The notes beneath the pieces are model-generated. The model was given only the letters and a program-made list of their open reading frames with translations. It did not search any database and was not told where the DNA came from. A DNA stretch of 64,000 bases. Source: Gekko japonicus (lineage: Eukaryota). The stretch covers positions 1-64,000 of the forward strand of contig NW_015159764.1 in NCBI RefSeq assembly GCF_001447785.1, given 5' to 3'. A program made the translations under genes and the position numbers. Shown in pieces: positions 37,310 to 50,127 of the stretch (positions are counted from its first letter, which is position 1; each line of letters starts with the position of its first letter).

Positions 37310-37535
37310 TTGGAAGTGTAGTAGCTAGACTAGGATCTAGCAAGCCTAGGTTCAAATCCCCTCTCTGCCATGGAAATTTGTTGGGTGACCTTTGGCCACT
37401 CAGTTTATTTTAGCCTAACCTACCTCACAGTGTGTTTTTTGTTTGTTTGTTTGTTTGGATCAAATGGAAGGGGAGAGAATGATGTTATAAGCTGCTTTGA
37501 GTCCCCAATTAGGAAGAAAAGCAGGATATAAATAG
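37310..37535 (+). mobile_element. tRNA/CORE SINE (Squam3-like)
   Basis: GGTTCAAATCCC B-box, GGGTGACCTTTGGCCA core and AAAAGCAGGATATAAAT tail. Confidence 0.75.
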
Positions 37536-37554
37536 ACAAAGACTTATAGGGAAG

Positions 37555-38765
37555 CCTGTAAGGGGTCTCTCCACCACCCCCTCAACATCAATAGCAGGCT
37601 ATTTAATCATTCTTACATGCATCCAGACAACATCCACACATCCAAACACCTAATGGCGTTGGCTTCAGAGTCCATCCTGGTAATTGAGCCCACCACCATC
37701 ATGGGAGGCAGAATAGAATCACTCTCCTCCCTGCTGAAAGATCTTCCACTCTTGGGCTCAGTCTTAATCTCCCGCGACTCCCCACTAGGGGCACTGGCTG
37801 ATCTGTATGGTAACTGCCCATAGGCGTACTCCGCAGTCCCACGTCTCCTTTGACACAACCAGCCTCCTCTGTTGTAAACAGCCTCCTCCCCTGCAGTCCA
37901 CCTCCCAATTGTCCCGGGCAGTCCAAAGGGGGGGAAGGGAGGAGGGGGGTGTTGTGTCCGCTGACCACCACCAGGGGCCAGCGACTACCCAGAGCTTGAC
38001 CCTGGGTGAACAATGGGAACTGGGCTCCTGGTCTCTCCATCAGGGAGCCAATGGAAACAGGGGAGGGAAATTCGACCCCCCCCAAGGGGATCCAGGGGTG
38101 TCCCCTGGATATGTATATAGTTGGCCTCCTGGCCGTTTGTCTTTGTCTTAGTTGTGTAAGAGTCAAGCGTGCAGCAAGTTAGTGGAGCTGCAAGGGCCTA
38201 GCCATGCGGTCAACCCACTACACAATAGGGGGAATCCCACCCCAAGCTCTTTGCCGTGATTGCAAAGTTGTCTCCGATGCTCCCTCCTCCCATGCCCGGT
38301 CACCGCTGGGTCAGCAACAGTCGCCGCAGCAACACAAACAGCTGCACCAGCAATGCCCCAAGCACTCTGCAGCCCGTCCCTGCGTCCGCAGCACCAAACG
38401 CCCCGAAAACAAGGGGCCAGACAGTCCAAGGCGATCCGTGCACTGTTCTCCCACTTCCCCCATCCGCACCACCTCCACAGCTGACGTCGCCAAGCCCACG
38501 CCATCCCAGGCCCCCAAAGGTAGGTTTCCGGGACCGTCCTTGCGCCATGCCACGGCTCTGCGGCTCCACCAAGGCCGCGGCTTCTCAGGGGCGAACGGCT
38601 TCTCCGGGACAAACTGGATAAAAACACGGTCACAGTCTGAAAGCAGGGGAGGCAAGAAAGGCAGGAAAAGCAGGGATGAGTCATCAGCATATTTAGCCAA
38701 AGGTGGTCTCAGAGTTCCAAAACACAGGAGCATAAATGCCGAAGCTCTACTGCGGCGCCATCTTG
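37555..38765 (-). mobile_element. CpG-rich probable LINE 5' region (internal promoter)
   Basis: Minus strand starts CAAGATGGCGCC (YY1-like motif common at LINE 5' ends). CpG-rich with sharp boundaries and no credible ORF. Confidence 0.4.
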
Positions 38766-40384
38766 ATGCTAATCTAATATTTTCAACAGTTTCCTTCTCC
38801 CAGTTCAGATCTCCAGTAGGCTGTTACTGAGAGTCCACTCTCTCTTTCTCTGGCTGAGTGGGGCAGGCCAATGCACAAGGATCAGTACTTGGGAGACCCT
38901 CAAAAAACAAAACAGAAGAGGTGCTGGCACTCAGTGCTGCTGAGTACCGTCACCATAAAAGGCCTGAGTTAGGTTACACAGAAACTCCATTCACAATAAA
39001 CAAGATGGCTGAACTCCTAACAATACGATGAGGCATTTGGAAGGCGGGGAAACTCTCCAAAAGATTTCTCGAGGGCTGTTGCTTCACAGAGTTAAAAGCA
39101 CTGATTGTAACAGATGGTATATGTCGGACTGCAGCCATTAATATAAAATGAAGTTTTTCTATTGAAATCAATCATTTGAATTCCCCTAGATGTTGTTTTG
39201 TAAAAAATTAAACATGTTATTGCTCTTGGCCACATTTAAAGAACCCCCTGTTCTTTTATGCTTCCTATTCACTCTTGCTTCCATTGCAGTATCTCTGAAA
39301 GGCCAAACACAGAGTGCCATTCAGACCACTCTCTTATCGGCACTTGCAGGAGATCCACAAGAGAACGAAGAAGAGCGAGCATGAGAGATACCAAGTGCCA
39401 ACCATTTGGTCTTATTCTGTGTACATCTTTAGAACAGAGTATGTAAATTAGATTTATTACCACACCTAGAAGGCATTTAATTAACTCAGTATACCCACAG
39501 TACTCCAAAGGCACCAACCATTTAGTTACTGAACCAAGTGGATATAAATTCTGAAAAGTGTTTGAGTTTCTTTTTCTTTTCATTCCCTCCCACTCCCTTC
39601 CCTCCCTGTCCATTAAATGTTTGTGATTGTTTGTGAGCTTTGTTGCAATCCTTTACTACGAGGCAGGCAGTGTGAAAAGCTGAACGAAAGCCATGTTCAG
39701 TGGATTTGAGAGATAGCGCTTTTCCGGCTCTGCTGTATGGTAGTCCTTTTTATCTGCACTGCGAAGGAGATAGTTTAGACAAGTACCATTCATTCATTGA
39801 GTTTCCCCACATGTTTTGAAATGCCAATGAATAATTCATGGATGTGAACAGCTTTTATAGGAAACAGCTTAATATAATAGGGAAAGGTCATTTTGTCTGT
39901 GTGTGTATGCATGTGAGCGCGTGTGCGTGCATGTGTGAATTTTGAACATATTTTTTAAACTCCCCTCTCCTGTACTCTGAAGCTGTACAGGAAAGGCTGT
40001 TTTGGCTGTACAGAAGTTTATGGAATTCAGACTTGAGGTGATTTTGCTTTGTTATAGCCCTAACCGATTTTACCTTAAAGGTTCAGGGATGGTTCTCACT
40101 GGTTTTTTTTTACAGTTTTCCATTGAGAAGAGAATGAGAGGGAGGGTGGTATTCTCAGGCAGAGAAATTTTACAGTAGAGTCCTATGCAGAGCTATGCTT
40201 AAAGTAACTCTGTATGAATGTACACTGCTAATGTGGAAGGAGTCATGAGCAGTCAGTTTTTCTCTTCCACTTTCCCTTACTATATGGAGAAAAGAACAAC
40301 TAAACTGGACGGTACTATATTTATTTGCTTTTACTAACACTATAATTTGTCCTCCAAATGGAAACTGCATGTGGATAGATTGCA

Positions 40385-40598
40385 GGTAGGATGCCAACTT
40401 CTATATGGGTCATAGAGAGCTCCTGGAATTAAAACTGATCTCCAAACTACAGAGATCAGTTCCCCTGGAGAAAATTGCTTGAGGGTGGATTCTGTGGCAT
40501 TATGCTCTGCTGAGAACCCTCTGCACCTGAAATCCTTACCTCTCCAGACTCTACCTCCAAATCTCCAGGAATTTCCTAACCCGAAGCTAGCAACACTA
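40385..40598. mobile_element. hAT Blackjack-like MITE
   Basis: Homologous to the other copies (ACAGAGATCAGTTCCCCTGGAGAAAA core). Confidence 0.75.
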
Positions 40599-40671
40599 AT
40601 GGTTGGTTCAAGAAGACCCTCCCCCCAGTTCACATAAATTCAATACAGTCCGGTTTGCTCACTATGTTTTT

Positions 40672-40906
40672 GTTTGTTTTGTATTTTTAATATGATCATG
40701 GGTGTGCGAGTGGGTGCGCACATCTGGAAGTCATGGCGACCTCTGGTGACTGACCCCTCCTGGGGGCCTGGAGGACATTCAGAGAGGTGGCTGAATGAAG
40801 CCTGCCCCTGCCTCTCCGCCCTGGTATTCTCTGGAGGTCTCCCATCCTAGTACTTGCCAGAGTTGACCCTGCTTAGCTTCCGAGCTCTGATGAGATTGGG
40901 CTTTCC
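40672..40906 (-). mobile_element. 5S rRNA-derived SINE
   Basis: Minus strand GCCCAATCTCATCAGAGCTCGGAAGCTAAGCAGGGTC...AGTACTAGGATGGGAGACC matches the 5S internal control region. 16-bp TSD TGCTCACTATGTTTTT (40656-40671, 40907-40922). Confidence 0.9.
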
Positions 40907-42411
40907 TGCTCACTATGTTTTTTGAATGGCAGAAAAATGAAGAAAGGAGATGGTGGAAGGAGCTCTCTTGAGAAAACCCGAGGTTTTTTACTGGGTTGCA
41001 GTTTTTCCCTTGAAAATAGCCAGTTACTAAGGTCAGAGGGGGAAAGGATCTACATCCATGAAATGATCACAGTCCAATTTGAATCCATGGGTGGTCTGAC
41101 AGAGTAATGTCTATTATTTCAAATATGTGTAATACTGTAGCCTGTCTCTTGTTCTACATAAATACTAGTTTTAAGGAGATTATGTGAGATTACAGTTCTG
41201 TAAGTAGAAAGCACAAACTAACATTTTCTTACCAAATGAAAAGTAAGAACAAGGAAGCTTTTGTTGGAGGTGGGGGGATTAGCAGTACTTCAAATAACCA
41301 CAGATATATATTTAATGACGAGAGCTATGTAATGGAAGGAAATGGTGGGTTTTGAGCTTTGTATTTTCCCCTTTCAAGTGTTTTTTTTCTTTCTTCAATA
41401 GTTTTGGTTAACAAGCTGATGTAATAACCATGCTGGTCATGCCTATGTTTTCTTTTGGGAAAGTGACTTCTTGGAGGATGGTGTTCTTTCAAAACAACAA
41501 CAAGAAGGGAAGGCACTTCAGCCCAACTGGGACCTGTTGAAAAATAGTCAAAAAGTGTTTAATACTTAGACTATTAATGGATCTTGCTCTATTGGAAAGA
41601 AGAGATTTCTTTGCCTTTAAAAAACCTTTATTACTAAGGGTAAAGGGTTCACGGGATTACTACAAATTAACATAACACTAAGAGCTACATTTCTAAGCTG
41701 CCTATAGTCAAAACAAGCACACAGATAATGGAGAATCTCTCCTTCTTCTTGACCCCTAGAAAGGAAGTCACCTGAAACAAATGACCAATCTGTATCACAG
41801 TAGAAGCTACTTTTCCCGGGCTAATTCCCCATTGGCTTAGTGCCAGGTATCCCTTCCAGGTCAGTCTAAACAATAGCAAACTAGGAATACAAGTTAACCC
41901 TATAATGACTGAATCATCAAACCTTGTAAACACATACATTTCCAACAGGACCTGAAGTATGATGGCTGGGATCTGTGATTCTATAATACCCCACTATAGA
42001 ACTAGAACAGATTTGCTATCTCTCATCCCCCCCACCCCCCCGGTGAATATTTTCGGATTATTTAGCAAATAATCAACATTTAGCACCAGTATTTGATATC
42101 TAACATTTTTGATGCAGCAATTAATATTTGACAAATTATACAAAGTATCAGCCAACAGGTGAACATTTTGGAGGGAGTTAGGCCTCCCCAAATTCTACAT
42201 CAGATTCTACCTAGAGACAGCCCTTACTCTGCGCTTTCATTGAAAACAAATATTTTATGATTTACAAAATCCATACCTCATTAAGAAGGTGCCATCCAGG
42301 AAAAAAATTACTAAGGTTGACATTGAATTATTTTGGTATTGACCTATTAAAGGATGAGATTATTATAAAGAAATAAAATGTTAGCTTGCAACCTATATTG
42401 TACATTGAAGC

Positions 42412-42695
42412 AGAAGAGAAGAAGAAGAGATTGGATTTATACCCCACCCTTCACTACCCAAGGGAGTCTCAGAGCGGCTTACAAACTCCTTTCCCTTCCC
42501 CTCCCCACAACAGTCACCCTGTAAGGTAGGTGGGGCTGAGAGAGCTCTCCCGAAAACTGCTCTTTTTCAAGAACAGCTCTGACAGAACTATGACTTGCCC
42601 AAGGTCATCCAGCAGGTGCAAGTGGAGGAGTGGGGACTCAAACCCAGTTCTCCCAGATTAGAGTTTGCGCACTTAACCACTACACCAAATTGGCC
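42412..42695 (-). mobile_element. tRNA/CORE SINE (Squam3-like)
   Basis: Near full-length homologue of 1810-2076. Confidence 0.88.
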
Positions 42696-43884
42696 ACACC
42701 AACATTATTGAACCTACAATTTACATGTGTATTAGAATGACATAAGGAAAAGAAACAAATATTGAATTAAATTAGTGTATATTTTACATGAAATTTGGGT
42801 ATGCTGTGTGTAAACAATGGAAAAAATGTAACAAATGCAGATTTATAATTTGTAACATGTATAGGGAAGAGGAGAAGCACATGGACACTCCTCTGTCACA
42901 TGAGTTGGAATTAGTGGTGCCAACATTTGAAAGGCACAAATCTGTCAAAGGGCAGATCCCATTTAATGATAGAACCCAGCCCAAGGCCCTCCTGTCAGGG
43001 CTTGGACTAATGGCCTTGATCAGAAGAACTCAGTGGAATCGAGGGCCAGAACCCATGTGGTTTGGGACAGAGGGGTTAAAGGCAAAGACATCAGGAAATA
43101 CTGTAGTGCACAGCTAACTCTTTGTTAGCTGTGCCCAGACTCTAAACCCCTGCCCAGACTCTAACCCTTATCTTTCTTTCTCTTTATTCATCAGAGGAAA
43201 TATCAAGAGAAAGCAGAAATGTCAGCCTAAGGCAGTTGTAGTATTTACAGAAGCTGCTTTTAAGGCACTGAAAAGCTTGTACAAAAGTTAGAACTGGCTG
43301 CAAACCAATTATACCAAAGGTCTTAGACTGCATAGTATAGCAAATGTGTTGGCTTATAAGCCAATGAACAGTTAAAACTGGCATCTCTCAATTTTATGAG
43401 AAAACCCTCATCTGACAACCAGCCAGAAATGGCAAAAACTGATCATGCCAGTGGAAAATGGGCCAGTTGGCAACACTAGTTGATGCATTTGTTTGGTAAG
43501 TGTCTGAATCTTGCTCATAAATGTATTTTTAAAAACTGCACAAACAACTTGTAAAATTTGTAGTTACATAGCAAGACCTTAGAACACAACGGGAAACAGA
43601 GGGGAATTCCTTTCCTTGAGTTTTGATTCAAGAAAACTGACAATGCTATGCTTCTGCAGTATGGAGAGTTAAGTTTATCTGTGAAATTCCCCCAATTATT
43701 TCTGCCCGTCATACCTTTTCCTTATCTCCGACTGGTTTTCTCATTATCTTTCCTTACAACTAGTGCCATTTTTACACAAAGAGCACAGACGTAAAATGTT
43801 TGAAGGTGCTTTTTTTTTTTAAATCCCTTTATGTGCGCTGGATTAGTAAGAGATAATACTGCAATAACGTAACAGAAAAAGCAT

Positions 43885-44045
43885 CATGGTATCTTTAATA
43901 GGACCCACTAAAAGTCACAAAGCAATTATCTGGCTTTTGAGTTGGAGAGAACATTTTTACATTAATGTCTTAGACAGAGCACTCTGAAACTTGAAAAGTA
44001 AACTCACTGCTTTGTGATTTTAAGTTGGTCCTAATAAAGGCATTT
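43885..44045. mobile_element. Degenerate palindromic Penelope-like relic
   Basis: CTTTAATAGGACCCACTAAAAGTCACAAAGCA vs TGCTTTGTGATTTTAAGTTGGTCCTAATAAAG inverted arms. Confidence 0.5.
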
Positions 44046-44647
44046 GGATGTTTGGATTTTGTCTAATAGACCAAAGGAGTTCCCTGCAATTTTTGGAAGT
44101 CTAGTAATGCCTGAATACTTCAAAGGTGCTATTTAATCCTCATTTAGTACCTTTTCAGTTGCCTTTAGGAAGAAAACAAACAGAAGAAATCTAATCAAAG
44201 TTTGCTTTGGGAGAGATAAAAGGTCTCCAAGCAGGAATCTATTTTATTTCCCTGTTTGGGCACAGTTAACATCTTTATTCTCAAGAAGCATTGTGTGGTA
44301 TATTAAGGAACAGAAGAGAAAAGCATTGTTGTTGTCTATAGATCTGACAGCAAGACTGGAGTGGTCATAAGTGCTGTCATATGGCAAGAGAATGCATCAT
44401 AATACTTTCAGAGGCACATTAATTCTCTCAAGAGAACATGAACATATTAGAACTGTTTGTTTTCTTCACCACAGCTCTTATCCTGTTTGCTCAAATGTGG
44501 TCAAAATAATCTCTTCTCTTTTTTTATGATCTTGGTTGGAATGGCCTACCTTTAAGCAGACAAAAGAGTTATGTACTGGTCTTGAAATCTTTTGATATCT
44601 TGTGGGGGAAAAAATGCTTCTTCAGTTTATCAAGAGTCCCCAACCAA

Positions 44648-45030
44648 GCCCTAACCTGGCAAACCCGATCCAGGCAGGAGTCAATTTTATTTCCCTGTTT
44701 GGACACAGTTAACATATTTATTATCAAGAAGTATTGTGTGGCATGTTAAGCAACAAAAGAGAAAAGCATTGTTGTCTATGGATCTGACAGCAAGACTGGA
44801 GTGATCATAAATGCTGTCAGATGACAACATCTCGGAAGCTAAGCAGGGTCAACTCTGACAAGTACTTGGACGGGAGACCTCCTTGGAATACCAGAGGTGG
44901 GAGGCAGGGGGAGGCTTTATTCAGCCACCTCTCTGAATATCCTCCAGGCCCCCAGGCCCCCATGACTTCCAGATGTGCACAAACACATATGAACACATAT
45001 AAAATACAGAGAGAGAGAGAGAGAGAGCGC
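44648..45030 (+). mobile_element. 5S rRNA-derived SINE interrupted by a local 145-bp duplicate
   Basis: Head GCCCTAACCTGGCAAACCCGATC, then the insert, then ATCTCGGAAGCTAAGCAGGGTC...GTACTTGGACGGGAGACC. Body homologous to 40672-40906. Confidence 0.8.
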
Positions 45031-45257
45031 ACAACCAAAGTGGAGGCTTTGTTATGCATAGAAGTGGGTGCCTGATCACCTTTCTGCTTTCTGGTTTTCC
45101 TCTTCAAATATTATTCTGTTTTAAAATATATGTTTGCTGAATTTTTCCAAAATGTCAACCAAAATAATTGAGATGAGTGAAGGGTATGTGTGTGTGTGTT
45201 TGATAAATATGGTTTTTAATAGGTCCTAAAATATTTTCAAATTATCGGGTAATTCTA

Positions 45258-45478
45258 GCTTGGATTGCCAAATTCCTGGTGGTAGTTGGAATTCTCCCAG
45301 AATCACAACTGATCTCCAGACTACAGGGATCAGTTCATCTGGAGGAAATGGCAGCTTCAGAGTGTAGATTATATGGCATCACAACTGTGCTGAGTTCCCT
45401 TCTTTCCTCAGACTCCGCCCTCTCCAAGCACTGTCCTCAAATCTCCAGGAATTCCCTAAGTCAGAGTTGGCAAGCCAG
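45258..45478. mobile_element. hAT Blackjack-like MITE (old)
   Basis: GGATTGCCAA...TTGGCAAGCC with the family core. Confidence 0.65.
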
Positions 45479-46882
45479 ATTTAACACTAGAGTCTAGCCA
45501 TAGACTCCTCAGCTGTTTCTTTACCATTGGGAGGACAGAGGGTCCTATCATTCAGAAATGTCCATGGCTTGGTTGCCAAAAGTCTACACAATGGGCTGCT
45601 GAGAGTGTTTAAAAAAACAACTATGGACTGCCACAGCATTATTTGAATTGCTGACTGTCCTTCTATTGTTATCTCATCTTGATTATGATACATCCTAACC
45701 TGCTGGTGGTCTTTTGTAAATTCCTTGCAACCCTTAACTCATCCCTGTCCCCTCCCCCACTATGTCTGCTGTGCATTCTCTCTTCTTGGTATAGCTAAGA
45801 GATATCCTTGGAATTGTTTGTGCAAAATGGGGCTATAGGCATTGTTCCCTAACCTGACCCAGGAACTAACCTCTTTTTTTTTTTTTGAATGGCAGAATAC
45901 TACTGATCAGGGGAGCAGAGTAAGACTTTTAGTCTTCTTGATTCACCCTGCCCTCAAATGGCTGATTGGTGTCATTTAAGTCCTTTTGCTAGGCTAAGTT
46001 CATGCAGCCCCAGTTCCTCTATGTACACTATGCAGAACTTCACACTACATAAACTGCATCGATAGAATATAAATGTGCAATAATAGAGGAACTATGTTTT
46101 AATGTTCTCCTTTACAAAATTTGCATTGCAAATACCATTAATCCAGAATGATAAGAGTTTCTAAAAAAAATTAAATTATACTATTTTGGCCACTGACTGT
46201 CTGCTTCATGTAAAATGAGCTAGAAGAGGGTTCCCCCCCATCCTTAGTCAGATATTGTTTGTTTCCTGTATCCTGCAAAGGCTTTATAATTATACACTGT
46301 GCAAGATATGTTACAAACACAAAAATAGACCATCCGATGAACTTTGCACAATCACTATTTTCACCTTTATTGTAAGGTTTAATCATGAGTGTCATACTTT
46401 AAAAGAGCTTCCAATGAGGTTTTCTCTTCAGAAAGCTATAGAGATACGAAGAGTAATTTAGTTTATCTTTTAAGAGTGCCATGTTTGCCAATTTACTTGA
46501 ATTGAATGCCCTGGACCTCAGCAGTTGCCTTGTCCAGCACACCCTTTTCTATCCTGTTTGGGACTTGAAAAGCTTTGGAATTGGGAGGGATTTTTCAGTG
46601 CATGGTTCCTCCTTCTCTCCACTGGGTCTGTCCTGGAAAGCCTGGAAAGAGAGAGCCCAGCCACCTCCTTACTGGTCTGCTTCAAAGCCCCTTATAAGGC
46701 CAGTGTAGCACTTAACTAAATAAAATAAACATATTTTTATAAATTAGTGTAATAATGTTCATAACTGGGTAATCTATGAAAAACTGTTTGGATTATCCCA
46801 GTGTATCATGGAAGTCTATGTGACTCAGTGTGATTTATTACAAGATGTGAACAACAGGATCTCAATTTCATCTGGAAGACCG

Positions 46883-46907
46883 TGTGTGTGTGTGTGTGTG
46901 TGTGTGT
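46883..46907. repeat. (TG)n microsatellite
   Basis: Directly visible. Confidence 0.95.
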
Positions 46908-46970
46908 ATAAATAATCTCACACTCCTAAAAAGTAGTGGGTAAACATAGCTGTGAAGGTCAGGTTAGAAG

Positions 46971-47262
46971 TAGGGATGGGCAAGAACTGACTCACAAACC
47001 TTCACAAACTTTTAAGGCAGCCACACAAGAGATCAGAAACAGCTGAGCCATGGGGGCAGCCTGCTCCTATGGCTCAGCTTTTTAGAGCCTGAAACAACTG
47101 AGCCACAGGACCAGGCTGCCCCATGGCTCAGCTGTTTTGGGCACACATCTCATGAACTTGGTTTGGTTCATATGCGAGCTGACTGGGTTCATGGGGCACA
47201 TGGTTTGGTTCTTGGTTCACCCACGAACCAAAGTGCTTTTTTGTGGTTTGTGCCCATCCCTA
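46971..47262. mobile_element. hAT MITE (TAGGGATGGGCA TIR)
   Basis: TIRs, perfect 8-bp TSD GTTAGAAG and an internal palindrome at 47037-47137. Confidence 0.9.
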
Positions 47263-47640
47263 GTTAGAAGCCCCTTGAGTTACTGGCTTGAAAACATGTG
47301 TGATCTGCTAGATATAGACATCACCGGGTCTGAGGTGGTTAATGCTCTAATCACAAATTGGACCAAAGTAATATTTATTACAGTGTAATATGAAGTGGCT
47401 TATGAAAGGGGCATTGATTTGGTTGCTGATGTGTTAATAACTGAAGGGATCAAGCCCCCGTGTTTCTTTCCTTTCCTTTAGCATATTTTATTTTACGTGT
47501 GGCATTCTTGTATTGCTCACCCACACTCCTATACTTCAACAACTTAACTTCTGAGAAGACTGTGACACTCTGTTAGCCAAATTGCCTTGAATTGCTAATT
47601 AATATGGGGAGTTATGGTCTTAGATCAGGCAATAGGCAAC

Positions 47641-48627
47641 TGCGGGGGCAAGCATCTGTGTATACAGGGGTGCAATTTCCTCCAGACCCACCAAATAGAT
47701 GCAGAGACTGACATCAGTATAAATTGATTTTGTTTACTAAATGTACTTCAAGCATACAATAACATAGGCATACACACACTTATACAGTTTCTAGGAACTA
47801 TAGATAGAATACAGAGAACACATTAGCATTAGCAGGATATTTCGATGTACTCTACCTGTCCTGTAGTCGGATGGAGCGAATCTCAGGAAAATGAGGGGGC
47901 TATGGGATGGTGGGGAGAGGGCCGTGTCCTGAGCCGGCAGGCGCATGGTAGGACTCTGGCTGCGCAACCAAAAGTCGGAGACTTCGGGTAGGGAGGGGTC
48001 AAGTAAGGGAGCAAGAATGCAAGTAAAAGAGAGCGCGTTAGTGCTATGCAGCCCCCTTTATAAGGAGGCTGAGGGGTGGGCTTAGACTTGGCCACCTGCC
48101 TTGGCACACCTTCTGCTAGTCCGTCCCCAAAAATGTGCTGACTGGTGTTGGGGTTGAAGGTCTGTGGAGTGGGCAATGTTGACTCTAATGGGAAACTAGC
48201 TTGAACAATGGCACCTGATGGGATTATGTTTTCTGCTGGCCAGAGGCATTGTTCTCTTGTTGTCTCATGTCTGTAGTTTCAACTAGGTGATGTATTAGGT
48301 GGGGGGAAACATGTTGCTTACGTGCACAGGAAGGGGACTCTTCATGGAGTCTGGGTCCCCTGTCTTCTGGCCTGGCATGGCAGCAGCCTGGCTTTGCACT
48401 GCTGTATGTGGCTAGGGAGCTGGTTCACCTCACTGCAAGTAAGAGGGATGGTGACATACAGGGCCCCTGGACACATTGTTTCACAGGAAGGCTTCCTTCT
48501 TCTGGGCATGTGTATGTAGCTGGTCTCATTGGGGCTCACCTTATAGCTCAGTCCCCTTTGCACACATCTAGCACACGTCAGGTGTTTTATAATTATGAGT
48601 TCATAGGAACACAATAGGGCCATGTCA
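47641..48627 (-). mobile_element. Solo LTR of an endogenous retrovirus (6-bp TSD)
   Basis: TG...CA termini, TSD GGCAAC (47635-47640, 48628-48633), minus-strand TATA (TTATAAA ~48057-48063) and AGTAAA poly(A)-like signal at ~47733-47738. Confidence 0.7.
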
Positions 48628-49717
48628 GGCAACAACTGGACATAGGCTTAGACAATAATCCACTGGAAGGGTTCAGTTGCTTTTACCACAACCACCATTT
48701 TAATGTAAAATTAGACCCCCTTGTGATAAAACAACACTTCACACAGATATTGGGGTAAAAAATTACCACTTTGCACCATGGCACTGGTAGCTTCCATAGA
48801 GGGATGTTATCCCATGTGAACAACTGGAAGCCCTACTTTCTTGGGGGGACTCCAAATAACTTTATGCTCAATCCAGGCATGATCCATGGGGCTCCTGGTG
48901 TTTTTTCCCTTTTAAACCAGAGCAAAGGAAAAACCTCCTATGCTCTGACTTAAGGAGGGAATGCAGGAAAGTGGTTAGATCTTCAAAATGATGGAGCTCA
49001 GCTTTGTAATCCCCCCCCCCATTTCCAGCCCTTTAAGGGGCTTTTTCCAGTTCACAGCTAAACCACAATACTTCGTGTCCTGCAGCTCAGCTGTGAAGAA
49101 AGAAAGGGGTGTTCCCAGGCCTGGCATGAATTAGTGCTTTCGTGTCAATACAATGGGGGGGGGAAAAGAGTGGGGACGGCAGCCCATTTTATAACACACC
49201 TCACCCTGCTTTATTTATGGGAAGGAATGTGAACAAAAAACCATGATGGCTGCTGTCTCGTTCGTTTGCCCTTATAGAGTGTCTTACAGTGCAATCCTAT
49301 GCAGATTTGCCCCCTTCTGAGTTCAGTAAAATCAATGGATTTAGAAGGGTGTTATTCTGCTTCAAATTGCACTATTAGTTTTCTCCACTCTTTTATTCTG
49401 ACAATCTAATAATACCTATAATTTGTATTGTGTGTTTTTTTGTTATTCATATACTCTCACACACATACACTAATACTTACAGCAGCCCTGATAGATAAGT
49501 CGGCAGTCTTGGAACTGTTGGTATATTTCAAATATTTGTTTTAACTCTAGCTCTGAGGGAGGCCACAGTGCCATCACTGCAAGTTGTCCCTTGAATATCA
49601 TTAAATGCCAGCAATTTTGTTTTTTCTTTTCATGGATTTTTTCTTTCTTATTTTAAGTACTCTTCAGAGGAAAGAGGAATATCCTGAACAGTATATGGGT
49701 CCATTCATACCTTAAGT

Positions 49718-50127
49718 TAGGGGTGTCAAACATAAGGCCCGAGGGCCAGAACCGGCCCTTCCAGGGCTCTTATGTGGCCCGCAAACAACAGGTGCAATGG
49801 AAGGATTACTGGGAGAGCGTGGGCAGAGCCACTCCATTGTGGCTTCAGCACAGCAGAACAACCTAATCTGCAGCAGTCAAGCGTCATGAGAGCATCTGCC
49901 CAGCTGCCTCTCCAGTCCGCCTATGTGGGTTTTCCTCTGCACTCCCCTCCCAGCCCATGGGGCCTTGATGTGAGGATACACCACCTCAGAGATTACCAGC
50001 TCCAGTCCTTTATATAGTTTCTATATCCAGTACTTGGCATTATGTTTTATGGCACACATGGCCCGGCCCGACAAAGTGACATTGATGTCAGATGTGTCCC
50101 TTGTAACAAATGAGTTTGATACCTCTG
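49718..50127. mobile_element. hAT (Charlie-like) MITE
   Basis: TAGGGGTGTCAAAC/GTTTGATACCTCTG TIRs and 8-bp TSD CCTTAAGT. Confidence 0.9.

Noticed and set aside
40886-40895. CTGATGAG hammerhead / C-box-like motif
   Set aside because: It is the reverse complement of the 5S-SINE head (CTCATCAG), with no GAAA partner.
42890-43420. Possible additional solo LTRs (also ~23780-24250, ~36960-37290, ~51900-52475)
   Set aside because: LTR-like composition, but termini and TSDs could not be resolved.
44830-44895. 5S rRNA gene
   Set aside because: Partial, diverged and fused to a SINE body, so not a functional rRNA gene.
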